DNA from: Octopus sinensis
Taxonomy: Eukaryota
Assembly (NCBI RefSeq): GCF_006345805.1
Contig: NC_043004.1
Coordinates: 81,282,001-81,346,000 of the forward strand
Reading direction: 5' to 3'
DNA length: 64,000 bases
Shown here: positions 1 through 13,121 of the stretch, piece after piece
Position numbering within the stretch: position 1 is the first letter of the stretch
Layout of the letters: every line of letters starts with the position of its first letter
The notes under the pieces: generated by a model
Database searches by the model: none
Seen by the model: the letters and a program-made list of their open reading frames with translations, nothing else
Told to the model about the DNA's origin: nothing
Program-made: the position numbers and the translations under genes

Positions 1-483
1 TTGTCATAGTCTGGACTGGCTGAAACGGTAGAATCGAAAGGCTCAGCAAATCCAAGAAGGGATGCGATGTGAGAATTGTCTTGGAGACTGGCAAGAATGA
101 TGTCAAGTTGCATACGCTGGCCTCTAGATAGTGTGTCCCATCTATCACTGCCTTGTGGAAGCAGGGAATGAAATAGTTCCATCCTCTCCTTTAATGGTGG
201 TAACAATAATGGTGCTCCAATTGATAAAGTCTCTATCACAGCCTGTTGTACTGATGGGGGGGTGTCGATATCTAGCAGTCGAAAGAGCAGATTACGGAAT
301 GGTCGAGAATGATCTCCAAGTATTCCCTTTGAGACTCCACTAGCTTGAGCAAGGGACAGATGAGTCCCCAGAATATTCAGACACAACTGAATGAAATGAC
401 AATGATCTTGTTTGGTGGTGAAAGGCGGTGGTGGTGCAGACCCATTGACGTCATCACAATATATATATATATATATATAGTGT
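1..483 (-). CDS. HERC1: Internal coding exon of HERC1-like giant HECT E3 ubiquitin ligase (region just after the first RCC1-like domain); continues beyond window start
   Basis: Manual minus-strand translation 458->3 is open: CDDVNGSAPPPPFTTKQDHCHFIQLCLNILGTHLSLAQASGVSKGILGDHSRPFRNLLFRLLDIDTPPSVQQAVIETLSIGAPLLLPPLKERMELFHSLLPQGSDRWDTLSRGQRMQLDIILASLQDNSHIASLLGF. This matches the remembered vertebrate HERC1 segment LLPPLRERMELLHSLLPQGPDRWESLSKGQRMQLDIILTSLQDHTHVASLLGY. The 5' boundary is uncertain (candidate acceptor AG at 485-484). Confidence 0.9.
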
Positions 484-699
484 CTGTGCGGGAATAAGAG
501 TACAGTAATGTTATTCTAAATATAGATGCATATTAATATACTTAAGCAGATAAAATTAAACACTCCTTCACATGCTTAATACAATCAAAACAGCACATTC
601 TATATATAGATAACCCTATTTGGACACACGCGCCCACACAAATATATGTATCTGTGTTTATATGCGAATATCTATGAATCTATATCTATATATATTCAA

Positions 700-935
700 G
701 CGTAGGAGTGGCAGTGTGGTAAGTAGCTTGCTTACCAACCACATGCTTCCTGGTTCAGTCCCACTGTCTGCCACCTTGGGCAAGTATCTTCTACTATAGC
801 CTCGGGCCGACCAAAGCCTTGTGAGAGGATTTGGTAGACGGAAACTGAAAGAAGCCCGTCGTATATATGTATATATTTATGTGTGTGTATATGTTTGGTC
901 GTCTGTGTTTGTCCCCCCAACATTGCTCGATTACC
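700..935 (+). mobile_element. tRNA-derived SINE family A (CORE-like), 3'-truncated
   Basis: Head GGAGTGGC(A/T)GTGTGGTAAG..GGTTCAGTCCC (A/B-box-like) and CCTTGGGCAAGT core, matching many other copies in the window. Confidence 0.85.
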
Positions 936-1260
936 GATGCCAGGTTCAGTGGAGTGTCACATCGCAGAGCGATTCGGACTCCGTATCAAAGCTTGTCTGA
1001 TGCATTCCAAATTTTCTGGGGTCCGTACAGTTCATGGCTCCCCCACCAGTCTCCTATTCATCAGAATACATCGTGTACGAAGTGCATTCATTCAACGTAA
1101 GATTGTGTTACGCGGGGGGGCAGCCTGATTTTGGCGAATGTTGAAGTGGCACCAAAACTCACGCTGAACTGCTTCACATGACTGTCGTAGGCAAACACGC
1201 GATGCTCTATCGTCCACGGTGCCATGGCTTTACCTGAAAAGAAAAAGAAATTCTAAGATA
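935..1260 (-). pseudogene. Tc1/mariner (DD41D-like, HTH N-terminus) transposase 5' fragment
   Basis: ATG at 1225; MAPWTIEHRVFAYDS..VQREF..HFNIRQNQAAPPRNTILR*MNALRTR..TVRTPENLECIRQALIRSPNRSA, with stops and deletions. Confidence 0.75.
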
Positions 1261-1368
1261 CCACAGAACGAATGGTACCTGTCGGACATATGTCCTTCCC
1301 ATTGGAGCTGAGTAATAGACTTTTAAAAAACGTCCGCTCTCTCTGCCTCACTCTCTCTCTTTCTTTCT

Positions 1369-1461
<93 letters not shown>

Positions 1462-1928
1462 ATGCCAGATAGATATATCGAGTTGCCCTTCCCCTCAGAT
1501 TTGCTAACCTTATGTGTATTTGTGTGTGTGTGTGTGTATGTGTGTGTGTGTGTTTGTTTACGTCTATGTGTTGTATCTGTAAGAGGAGAATTCTGTGTGC
1601 GTGTGTGCATATATTAATTGATAATTGCATAGCCACATGCATGTTTATGTACGTATAAGTGTTTGTATAGTCATACCTACATATATATGTATATATACAT
1701 GCTTATATGGGTACAGGACATCAAAACAACGTGAACAAAAAGGGAAACGAGAACATAAAAAAAGACAACAAATATTTTTTCGAACAACGAAAGAAACTCA
1801 TAGAGAAACGAGACAGGCAAGATAAAGGACATTCCCTTCATCAGTTGTCTCCTGTTTTATCTACTCTGCGTTTCGAAGGTAGGGACAAGACGCAACTTCT
1901 TAAAAGCATTCCTTCCCTCAAAGCAAAT

Positions 1929-1980
<52 letters not shown>

Positions 1981-1982
<2 letters not shown>

Positions 1983-2423
1983 CGAAGGAGTGGCTGGGTG
2001 GTAAGTATAGGCGCAGGAGTGGCTGTGTGGTAAGTAGCTTGCTTACCAACCACATGGTTCCGGGTTCAGTCCCATTGCATGGCTTCTTGTGCAAGTGACT
2101 TCTACTATGGCCTCAGGGCGACCAAAGCCTTGTGAGTTGATTTGGTAGACGGAAACTGAAAGAAGTCCGTCATTTTTATGTATATATATATATGTGTGTG
2201 TGTGTGTGTATGTTTGTTTGTCTGTGTTTGTCCCCCTAGCATTGCTTGACAATCGATGCTGGTGTGTTTATGTCCCCGTAACTTAGCGGTTCGGCAAAAG
2301 AGACCGATAGAATACGTACTAGGCTTACAAAGAATAAGTCACGGGGTCGATTTGCTCGACTAAAGGCGGTGCTCCAGCATGGCCGCAGTCAAATGACTGA
2401 AACAAGTAAAAGAGAGTAAAGAG
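1981..2423 (+). mobile_element. SINE family A, full length, with duplicated head
   Basis: Partial head at 1981 then a full copy from ~2010 ending GGCGGTGCTCCAGCATGGCCGCAGTCAAATGACTGAAACAAGTAAAAGAG. Confidence 0.9.
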
Positions 2424-2454
2424 TATATGTATGTATGTACATATATATATATAT

Positions 2455-2526
<72 letters not shown>

Positions 2527-3569
2527 GTACAATTTCTGAAATATTTCGGATATTTTAGTAGTTCCACTGATCGTTTGTAATTATATAAACTATTATGAAA
2601 TTATAATTATAATTTCCTAATTAGCCGTTTTCTTGTTGACTTTGTGAAACCCATCGTCTCTGTATTAGAACCGAAGCAGTTAGCTGCACAATAATACGCC
2701 CTTATAATTACTTTTACAAATCCGCAATTATAACCCGTGCGTAGTTTAATGTAGATTTCTTATGATTAGTTCGGTACAGATGTTTATTTTTACCCCTTAT
2801 CTTTTACATTCTATGAGCGGTTGCTTGACAACTGACTTTTACTAGAATTCTCACATTCCTTTTTCTGTTTCAGATCATTCCATGTTCGGTCTGTTCCTCT
2901 TATGTTTCACGGAGATTTATAACAGAATTATTTTACTTGCATTCTCTTATATGGGCGAGCATGTCCTCAATAACCCAATAATTTCATATTATATATTATT
3001 ACTTAACTCATTAACTGCCAAATTTCCTAATTCGTATTTTCTGGCTTTGCCAGGTGCCTTAGGAGTTGAAATAATATATAGTATTTAAATTTTGATCATA
3101 TGTGAATTATTGTGGAAATTATGATAGATTTTTCGAAAAGCCCCAAATGGGGATCGCTGAAAAAATGCATATTTATCCTTTTCTTTTCAATTACATGAAT
3201 AAACATTTTAGTTTTTTTGAGCTATAGTATCAAATGCGAACGTGTATGAAATATCAATGAATGACATAGATGAGAAATGCAAAAAAAAAAAAGGTGGGGG
3301 GAAAAATCTTTTCAAAACAGTCAATATTTTTGTAGTTCGAAAACTGCGATTTATGACATAAAATGTCTTCTAGAATTAGCCAGAACTAATTGTTAAATTA
3401 ATTGTTAGATTAATTATTAAATGACAAACATTAACTTAATATTGTTAAACACACCTCTGCAAATATAATGTACATAAGTAACTAACTTTAAATACAACGA
3501 ACAACCGGTTGTGAGAGTGCATTTAGCAGATCCATAAATGGCGCTCACGACAGACAATGGGTTCATAGC

Positions 3570-3735
3570 GAAAGAATGCGCGTGACTTAGTAGTTAGTGT
3601 AATGAGAGAAAAGTCATGAGTTCGATTCCCGGCAGTGAGCTGTGTCCTTGAGCAAGACACTTTACTTCACGTTTCTTCAGTCGAGTCAGCTGGCAAAAAT
3701 GATTTGTAACTATTGTTTCAAAGGGCCACCTTGTG
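3570..3735 (+). mobile_element. tRNA-derived SINE (family C-related) 5' part
   Basis: GTGACTTAGTAGTTAG..GAGTTCGATTCCCGG head followed by GTGTCCTTGAGCAAGACACTTTAC core. Confidence 0.6.
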
Positions 3736-3803
3736 AGTGAACTTGGTAGACGGTAACTGAAAAAAGCCCGTCGTATATATACATATATACGCTGAACCTT
3801 CCT

Positions 3804-3896
3804 GAGGTCACGCTGAACCTCCCTGAGAACTACGTTTAGTGTACTGCACAGACACGAGTACGCTAAACGTAGTTCTCAGGGAGGCTTAGCGTGACC

Positions 3897-3898
<2 letters not shown>
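3804..3898. repeat. 42-bp inverted repeat (hairpin) made of SINE-C body sequence
   Basis: GAGGTCACGCTGAACCTCCCTGAGAACTACGTTTAGTGTACT ... AGTACGCTAAACGTAGTTCTCAGGGAGGCTTAGCGTGACCTC; 3 differences between arms, 11-nt loop. Confidence 0.9.
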
Positions 3899-3951
<53 letters not shown>

Positions 3952-3984
3952 CTATCTATCTCTCTATCTCTCTATCTCTCTATC

Positions 3985-4063
<79 letters not shown>

Positions 4064-4343
4064 GCATATGGCAGGGATGACCACTCTGTGGACCACCCTT
4101 ATGCTGGAAGTAGATTCGCTATGGTCTTACCACTAAGAAAGGAATGTTCTCAAGAACTTTTAGCAAACGCTAGAACGTAAGCGAGCAAGACAAATGAAAA
4201 GAAACAAAATTATAGAATAATCATATACATTTAAATATAAAACTTACTTGGAAAAGGATGTGTGGCGTTCGATCATATAATAATATAAATAATATATAAA
4301 TAAATGCATATATACATATACACACACATATATGTATACATAA

Positions 4344-4395
<52 letters not shown>

Positions 4396-5569
4396 TATAT
4401 AGGTAGATATTCTTTGACTCTTTCACACGTTTCAGTCATTTGACTGTGGCCATGCTGGAGCACCGCCTGTAGTCGAATAAATGAACCCCAGGACTTATTC
4501 TTTCTAAGCCTAATACTTATTTTATCGGTGCCTCGTGCCAAACCGCCAAGTTTCGGGGACAGACACAAAGACACACATGCATACACACACTCATACATCC
4601 ACACATACATACACATACACACTCACACACATACACACACACACTCATACACACACACACACTCACACATTCATACGACTATACATGCAAACATACTGAG
4701 AAAAATTTACATGGAAGAGGCCTATCTGTTTGTTTGTTTGTGTGTGTGTGTGTGTGTTTCTGTTACTGTGATTTTTGTTGTTTTTTTGGTTACTTTTATT
4801 TAATTTATTGTTGTTTCTACCATCCTACAATTGTGACTCGCTCTATATCGGAACAATCACAAGTGCAAATATGCAACCACACCCCAAACTCTACTGCAAA
4901 AAAAAAAATTCATCAGGCTACCCCTATGTACCCCACCACCATCAACACCGCCGCCATGACGACGACGACAACGTCCACTACCACCACCACCACCATCACT
5001 ACAAGAGCCGCCATCACCACGCTTCCTACCCTCCACTATTACTATCTCTGATACTACAATCAACCCTGACACCCTGAAACTCCTCCTACCCGACTACCTG
5101 CCAACTCATAGCATCATCGTCATCCTTCACTCTCTCTCATACCCGAATAACCTCTACAACTCATTCCTTACAAGATTACTCGGTAGGAAGCCTTTATCTG
5201 GTCGACCGTCATGCTAGAAACAGAAACTGTAATCACTTTAAAATTACGCTGAAAGCGAAGGAGACGTACTGCCTTTGGTGTTATAGTGAGGATCGGATCA
5301 AAGACTTTGCAATCAAAAATAGTAGAAAAGTTTTCAAATAGGAATACATTTGAAGTATACAAAAATAAACATTATATTCTATCTTGCGGGTAGTTTTATT
5401 TCATTTTGTAAAATAAAAATATTTGTTTCACGATTTATTACTTCTATTTTGAATTACATACATACATACAGGGAAACCAAAATTTGTAAATGCTTAAGGC
5501 CTCTGTGGGTCTTAATTCGACCCTTCATAGGCCGATAAACAAAGTCATAACACAACGCGCACATTCTTA

Positions 5570-6300
5570 TAAGAGGTCTGATCAATAAGTGTCCGGCCTG
5601 TTGCCATAGTAACGAAGCTAAAGCATGCAGTGTGAAGCCACTTGGCACAGATTGACCTTGAAATCTGCTGTGCACGTGCACCTAGTTTTCACGTTCTAGC
5701 TCACTTCCGCTGTTTACAGCAGTGCTTGGAAGGAAGGTGTGTAGCGTGTGATCGTCGCATTGAACTTGACAGAGAAAGTTGTCATGGTGATACGTGCTCA
5801 GAGGACTACCCAATGTCGAAGAAAGTGTATAGAGAGGAGTGTATCAGCCGCACACAAGTGTACGAGTGGTTCAGCAGAACTGAGAAATACATCGCAAATG
5901 TGCGTGCAACTGTGAGGGAAAACCGTCGAATCACCATCCGTGAGTTAGCTGAGGATGTGCAGATTAATTATGGTTCAGACCAGTCCCTTATCACAAGATG
6001 TGGGTACGAGACGCGTGTCTTCCACGTTTGTGCTAAAATTGTTTTCAGCTGACCAAAAGACACGCAGGTTTCAGTTACAAAAGACCTCCTTGATTTTGTC
6101 GAAAACGATGAAAACTTTTTGAAAACTTAGCGTAGGCCTCTGAGCAGGAATCGCCAAACCTTTGGTAAAATTTGATGCAGATTCTCCGCTCATCATTCTT
6201 TGTCATCGTCATTGCGACAATCACACGCTACACACGTTACTTCCAAGTACTGCTGTAAATAGCGGAACTGAGCTAGAAAGTTAAAACTTAGCCCTCGACA
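5570..6300 (+). mobile_element. Internally deleted mariner element with long subterminal inverted repeats
   Basis: Remnant peptide KVYREECISRTQVYEWF..ENRRITIRELAEDVQI..DLLDFVENDENFLKT; ~5685-5760 is the reverse complement of ~6215-6290. Confidence 0.75.
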
Positions 6301-6354
6301 GAAAAAAAGAAGGCTTTCCTATCCGCATATATACATAGATATATAAATATATAT

Positions 6355-7262
6355 TACGCTGCAATTACGACCCACTCCCAACAGGAGCTGCAGCTGCTAA
6401 TGGACCGTTTCTCCCAGGCCTGCAAGGACTTTGGACTGACCATCAGCCTGAAGAAAACAAAAGTCTTGGCGCAAGGCACACCAGCAGAACCAGCCGTTAC
6501 CATCGATGACTACGAACTTGAAGTTGTTCATCAATTCACCCACTTTGGGTCTACCATCACTGACTTCTCTCTCGATGCCGAGATTGACAAGAGAATTGGG
6601 AAAGCAGCCACTACGCTCGCACGCCTCACATCAAGAGTGCTGACAAACCCAAAGTTGACAGTGAAAACAAAGCAGGATGTGTACAATGCCTGTATCCTCA
6701 GCACCCTGTTGTATGGCAGTGAGACATGGACCACATAAGCCAGTCAGGAAAGATGAACAGCTTCCATCTCAGAAGCCTACGACGCATACTCGGCATCCCC
6801 TGGCAGGACAAGGTGACCAACACCGACGTCCTGGCTCGTGCTGGCCTCCCATCAATGTACACTTTGCTGAGACAACGTCGACTACGCTGGCTAGGCCACG
6901 TTCACCGTATGGAGGATGGCCAAATTCCAAAAGACATTCTCTACGGAGATCTTGCAGTAGGACAGATGAACAACGGCCACCCGCAGCTGAAGTGCAAGGT
7001 ACAAGGAGGGACATGAAGGCGCTCAACTTAGACATCAACTCCTGGGTGGACCTGGTAGCGGACCGCACCAGGTGGAAAAGCACACTTCTCAAATAGCTAC
7101 GGATCAGTGAAGAGAAGCTGTCAGCTGCAGAAAAGCGAGTCCGATGCAAGAGATCGACAGCCGACAGACCAGAATCTACACACAGATGCTATCTATGCGA
7201 CCGAGACTGTTATTCTCGCATTGGTCTCCATAGTCACAGGAGGCGTGATACCCATGGTCAGC
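6355..7262 (+). mobile_element. RTE-clade (BovB-like) LINE, 5'-truncated, degenerate RT C-terminal half
   Basis: FSQACKDFGLTISLKKTKV..LSTLLYGSETWT..LRQRRLRWLGHVHRMEDGQIPKDILYG..C-terminal CYLCDRDCYSRIGLHSH; frameshifts and stops. Confidence 0.92.
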
Positions 7263-7285
7263 TTAATATATATATACATACACAT

Positions 7286-7317
<32 letters not shown>

Positions 7318-7342
7318 GCATACATACACACACACACGCACA

Positions 7343-7439
<97 letters not shown>

Positions 7440-8039
7440 TCATGAATTTTTTTCGCTCATTCCCCCGATTTTGGGGCGCATTTAAGGTAGTTTCGAGCCA
7501 TTTGCCATCTTCTTTTAGCTTGTGGTTAAGCCTGTGGGTTTACTCGCTCCCCACGAATATAAATCTATTAATTTTGTCTTAACTGATCATTTTATAGATT
7601 TTATCCTAAATTTTGAAAATATATTAAAAATATAATTTTCACCTAAACCAAAATTATTCTCTGCTGAGTTATTTGGATATTGACACGTGACCGAGATAAA
7701 TGAACTTGATTTTTGAATTTTAATTTGTATATAAGTACGAACAGTTGTATTTGTGCTGTGAATCTGTTGCATTCCTGTGGTATCGTTTGTATTGAGGTGT
7801 ACTGACGATGGAAAAAAGGAATTTCCCCGAAATCCTGAAATCAAATGATATGTATAATTGGACCTTTTTATGAATCTTCGTTTATTACCCACGATATCGC
7901 CGCGCTTTTATTGTGATATTTCAGGTAGTTTAGAGCCATTTGGCTTCTTCCTTTAGCATGTGGCTAAGACTTACTTACGTACTGGCTTGCTCGGAATATA
8001 AATAAATAAATATAAAAAATAGCATATTTTGATTGCCTC

Positions 8040-8100
8040 GATAACTGACGAGATGCCGGAGCAGGTTTCCGTCCCGACATCCGAAACTCGGAGTTTTATT
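8040..8100 (+). ncRNA. Hammerhead ribozyme motif (type I, Penelope-type terminal repeat remnant)
   Basis: GAUAA-CUGACGA-GAUGCCGG..CCGACAUCC-GAAA-CUCGGAG-UU^UUAUU; helix I GAUAA/UUAUU and helix III A-CUC/GAG-U pair. A core-mutated relative lies at ~39744-39805. Confidence 0.7.
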
Positions 8101-8254
8101 ATGGCAACCGAATAATTGTCACATATTATATTACAGATAAATTCCTCTATTTACATAATATTGAAGTCTCTTTCATTCTTTTGTTGTCTTACCATTACTA
8201 TTTATATACGTATATACACACACATATTTATCAATTGATTTATGTATATCTGTA

Positions 8255-8660
8255 TCTTTTATTTGTTTCACTCATTGGATTGCGGCCATGCTGGTGCACC
8301 ACCTTGAGGAATTTTTAGTAGAGTGAATCGACCCCAGTTATTATTTCTTTTTAAATCTGGTATTTGTTCCATTGGTCTCTTTTGCTGAGCCGCTAAGGTA
8401 CGGGGACGTAAGCACACCAACACCGGTTACCAAGCAGTAGTGGGAACAAAGACAGACATACAGGCAGACGGACACACACAGACGCACAGAGATATGTATA
8501 GATAAATATACGACGGGCTTCTTTCAATTTCCACCTGGCAGAACAACTCACAAGGGTTTGGTCGATGAATACTTGCCGGAGGTGAACGAGGTGAGATTGA
8601 ACCCGCAGCCATAAGGTTGGGAAGCAAGCTTCTTACCAAAGAGCCACGCCTGCATCCATA
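8255..8660 (-). mobile_element. SINE family A, diverged copy
   Basis: Reverse complement of head, core and tail motifs. Confidence 0.8.
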
Positions 8661-8946
8661 CGCCGCCTCTGTATACGAGGCAAAAACTATTTCTCTGTCG
8701 ATGTCTGAGAAAGTGATGCAAAGACTAAATCGATTTTTGAGCTTTATTAGACTCTCATCACAAGTGTTCATAATTAGTTGACCGATCCCAGAGGAATTAA
8801 GTGGCCAGTCTGTTTACACACATAACAAAGCAAGTGGTTCTGAACTATTCTTCTTAACCATTATACGCACACATACCCATACACAAACACACGCATCGAC
8901 AAACGTATAAACACACGTATATATATACACACATACATTATATATA

Positions 8947-9032
<86 letters not shown>

Positions 9033-9177
9033 CATATAAATATATATATACACGTATATATATACACACATACATATATATACGACGAAGAAAGAGAGTG
9101 TGAGGGAGAGAGACATCAATATATTAAATCGGAACTTACAAATGTTCTACATACTTACATACCTATATACATACACG

Positions 9178-9222
<45 letters not shown>

Positions 9223-9287
9223 TCATACATATATAGGTATTTGGATAGGTATGTATATATATATGTGTATATACATATGTATGTATA

Positions 9288-9347
<60 letters not shown>

Positions 9348-9395
9348 CATATATAGGTATTTGGATAGGTATATATATATGTGTGTACATACATA

Positions 9396-9435
<40 letters not shown>

Positions 9436-9879
9436 TATATATATGTATATACATACATATGAATATATATATATATATATATATATGATATATAGATATA
9501 TACAAACATAACCTACTCACACACACACACACACATACACATATACACATACATACATGGATCCACAGCTGTGTGTTTGGCCTGTTGGTATGTGCATATA
9601 CATATGAGAGTGTATCTGTTACATCTGAATGTGTGTGTGTGTTATGCGTCTGTGTGTATGAATATGTGTGTGCGCGTGTGTTGTATTTGTCTATGTGCTC
9701 TGTATTGTCTCTACAATGTAATATATATGTATGTATGTATGTATATATATATATATATCTGTGTGAGTCTTTGACAGAGAAGCACACGTGCACAGGAAGT
9801 CTAAACTCCTCTCTCCTCCTCCCTCTCACACTTTCACCCTCTTTCTATCTCCAAAGGTTACCAAGTACATTGAGGTCCC

Positions 9880-9958
9880 ATGTAATATGTGAATAAAGTT
9901 AGTTGTCTCTTGCAAACGACATGTCGCCGCCTTAGCTGCTATTATCTAACATATGTAG

Positions 9959-10000
<42 letters not shown>

Positions 10001-10517
10001 CTCTGCCTGTCTATATATCCGTGTATATCTGTGTTAATATATCCATATATGTATGTACGTATTCATGTATGTATGTATGTATGTATGTATGTATGTATGT
10101 ATGTATGTATGTATGTATGTATGTATGTGTGCATGTATGTATGTATGCATGTATGCATGCATGTATGTATGTATGTAGGTAGGTAGGTAGGTAGGTATGT
10201 ATGTATGTATGTATGTATGCACGTATGTATATTGTACGTACATATGTATGTGTGTATGTATGTACGTAGGTCTATGTGTACGTACTATGTATGTATGTAT
10301 GTAGGTAGGTAGTTAGGTATGTATGTAGGTATATTTGTAGGTATGTACGTACGTATGTATGTGTATTTGCATGCATGTAAGTACGTATGTATGTATGTAT
10401 GTATGTACATACGTATGTATATATATGTATATGTGTATGTATGTATGTACGTATGTATGTACGGACGTATGTAGGTGTGGATGTATGTATGTATGTATAT
10501 ATATATATATGTATATA

Positions 10518-10587
<70 letters not shown>

Positions 10588-10788
10588 TATGTGTGGATGA
10601 ATAGATGGATGGTTGGATGATGGACGGTCAGAGGAATGTATGTATGTGTGTTATTTGTGTACACATGAAAGTATGTTTGTATGTAGGTATTTATGGATGT
10701 ATGTGCATGTGTGTGTATATTTATGTGTGTGTATATATATATAGAGAGAGAGACAGAGACAGAGAGAAAGAGAGAGAGAGAGAGATAA

Positions 10789-10835
<47 letters not shown>

Positions 10836-10855
10836 CATACATACATGTCTATACA
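9880..10855. repeat. Compound microsatellite (CT)n/(TATG)n/(TA)n/(GATA)n
   Basis: Direct inspection; source of the YVCM/IHTY pseudo-ORFs. Confidence 0.95.
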
Positions 10856-10916
10856 CACACAAATGGTCCTTGACTCTTTCCGTTCCGCTGCTCTTTTATC
10901 TCTCCCTCTTCCTTTT

Positions 10917-10971
<55 letters not shown>

Positions 10972-11659
10972 GTCTCCAAGAAGCCTGTCTCTAAGATGTT
11001 TATATTGACATAGATTCACACAGTTCACCATTCATACACACACAAGCATGAAATATACACACCATTCTCTCAGGACATAGAGACACCTTGAAGACGGTCT
11101 GGTTAGGCATATACATTCCTATCTACCAGGGAATGTTAACCAACAAGTGAGTGTGCGTGTGTGTGTGTATTAGTAATATTTCAGGAAAACCTGTGGAGTC
11201 TGCTGATAATAATTTTGTCTTGTAAATGATACCATAAAGACATCTTCATTGCGGAAATATACATCCATGCATATATGTATGCCATTATTCAGTTTATTTC
11301 AAGATTTCTAGCCAATAGAGAAAGAACTGGTTTCTAACCTAGATCCATGACTCCTTCATTGGAATTTCAACATCAACAACAGGGTATTTTTTATTTGTTT
11401 TCTAATGTATATATATATATGTATGCATATATACATGTATGTATACCTGTATATATGTATGTATGCATGTGCAGATTTGTATGTATGTATGTATGTATTC
11501 TCATGCATTTAGCTGCATATCTAGACACGCTCATATATATTCAAATGATAAACTTCTGGAAATTTTCCATTTTTTACAGTTCCAGTGATGGATTGGATCT
11601 GTAGTCTACGAATTAGCTTTCTTTCTGGTTTTGAGAAACCTAATTTCTCAAGATTGGTA

Positions 11660-11915
11660 TTTAGTCAGTGAAAAGCTCTACCTGCGACGATTTCATCTCA
11701 ATCGAAGGAGAGGAGTTTTCTCCGTCCGGGTTGCGGATCCGTGGAACAAGCTGCCAGACGAGATGGTGAAGATGCCGACGACCGCTTTGTTCAAAGCCTC
11801 CCTGGACCTCAAGTGGCCTGAACTCTTTACATGAACACCACCCTGTACTTAACTCCATGTCCCCCTACATGGCCTTGCTATTTGCTTTTGAGCCAAATTA
11901 ACTAACTAACTAACA
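11660..11915 (+). mobile_element. CR1-clade LINE 3' end
   Basis: KLYLRRFHLNRRRGVFSVRVADPWNKLPDEMVKMPTTALFKASLD, then a short 3'UTR and (TAAC)n tail. Confidence 0.8.
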
Positions 11916-13070
11916 TATCCCAGGTCCCCAATAATTACAGGTATAAACCTGAACTTGTCATCTGGATAGAGTAACTGAAGATTTCTCAATAGTTCAGCAT
12001 AGGTTTTCTCTTTTTCACTGATCTTCAGCTTTATGTTAATATCCGCTGGGCAGCTAACTTCCACAAATGTGCACAGTTTCTCTTCTCTATCCCAAATCAT
12101 TATATCAGGTCTGTTGCGCTTACATTTTATTGAGGTCTTCACTGGTACATTCCACCAATACTCCTTTTTATTATTAGTTTGCTATCGCTTCTACCATATT
12201 ATGGGTTCATATTTCTTTGTCCTCGGGATTATCCTTCTGACGGATTTCATTATAGAGTGTCCTAGCTACAGCATCGTGTCTCATCGGTAGATAATACCGT
12301 GATGACATTTTCGGACAACTGCTTATGATGTGGGTGATATCTTCAGTGTGAACTCCACAAAGTCTGCATCGGTGGTCACACTTTACGGCTTTACCTACAC
12401 CTCTATCCCTTTTGTGCATCAGGTACTTGGTTGATATTTCCCGCTCCTGGATTGCAAACGCATACTCTTCAAAGAGGAAGTTAATAATCCAAATATTGGT
12501 TCATGATAAACTGTTTTGATGATCAATGTTACTATCATCTCGGAGGTTTCTACTAGCATGTCCTTGCATAGTCTTCTGCTCATATAGGCTCATCCTTTCA
12601 CCTGATGTTATGTTGCGGTAGAGTAGCGCGACTTCTTTGGACATGTATTCTAGGTTATCAGACAAAGAGTGTTGCTCAAGGAGCTGCCTTCCAAGTCTTA
12701 TGAGGTAATCAGCCTCGTGTATGCAAACTGGGTCAAGGGATACACTTCGACACTTGGTGGTTAAAAGATGTTGCAGAAGGGATATGATACGACATTCAAA
12801 GACATTTTGGATCGATATCAAGCCTCTACCGCCTTGTTTTCGTTTTAGGTAGAGGCAGTCTACATTACTGTTTATGTGGAAATTATGTGTGTTTGTTAGT
12901 ATGTTTGGGGTTTTCACATCGATGGCACGGATCTCATCAAGCGTCCAATCAAGCAGCCCAAATTTTGGAATGAGTACTGGCACTACAGACACATTGTGGG
13001 CCACTGTTTTATTGAATGCAGAGAGTTCTGAGGTCAAAGTTTTCTTTATTCAGCTGTAATATTCTTTAGT
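11915..13070 (-). mobile_element. R4/Dong-type non-LTR retrotransposon (restriction-like endonuclease), degenerate 3' half
   Basis: LYLKRKQGGRGL (RT thumb), CRLCGVHTEDITHIISSCP (CCHC), RHD, NRPDIMIWD..FVEVSCP..KEKTY (PD-D/E RLE). May extend 5' to ~13800 beyond the (TACA)n block. Confidence 0.88.
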
Positions 13071-13088
13071 GACATACATACATACATA

Positions 13089-13121
<33 letters not shown>

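Noticed and set aside
131-343. Plus-strand 70-aa ORF
   Set aside because: Antisense shadow of the HERC1 exon.
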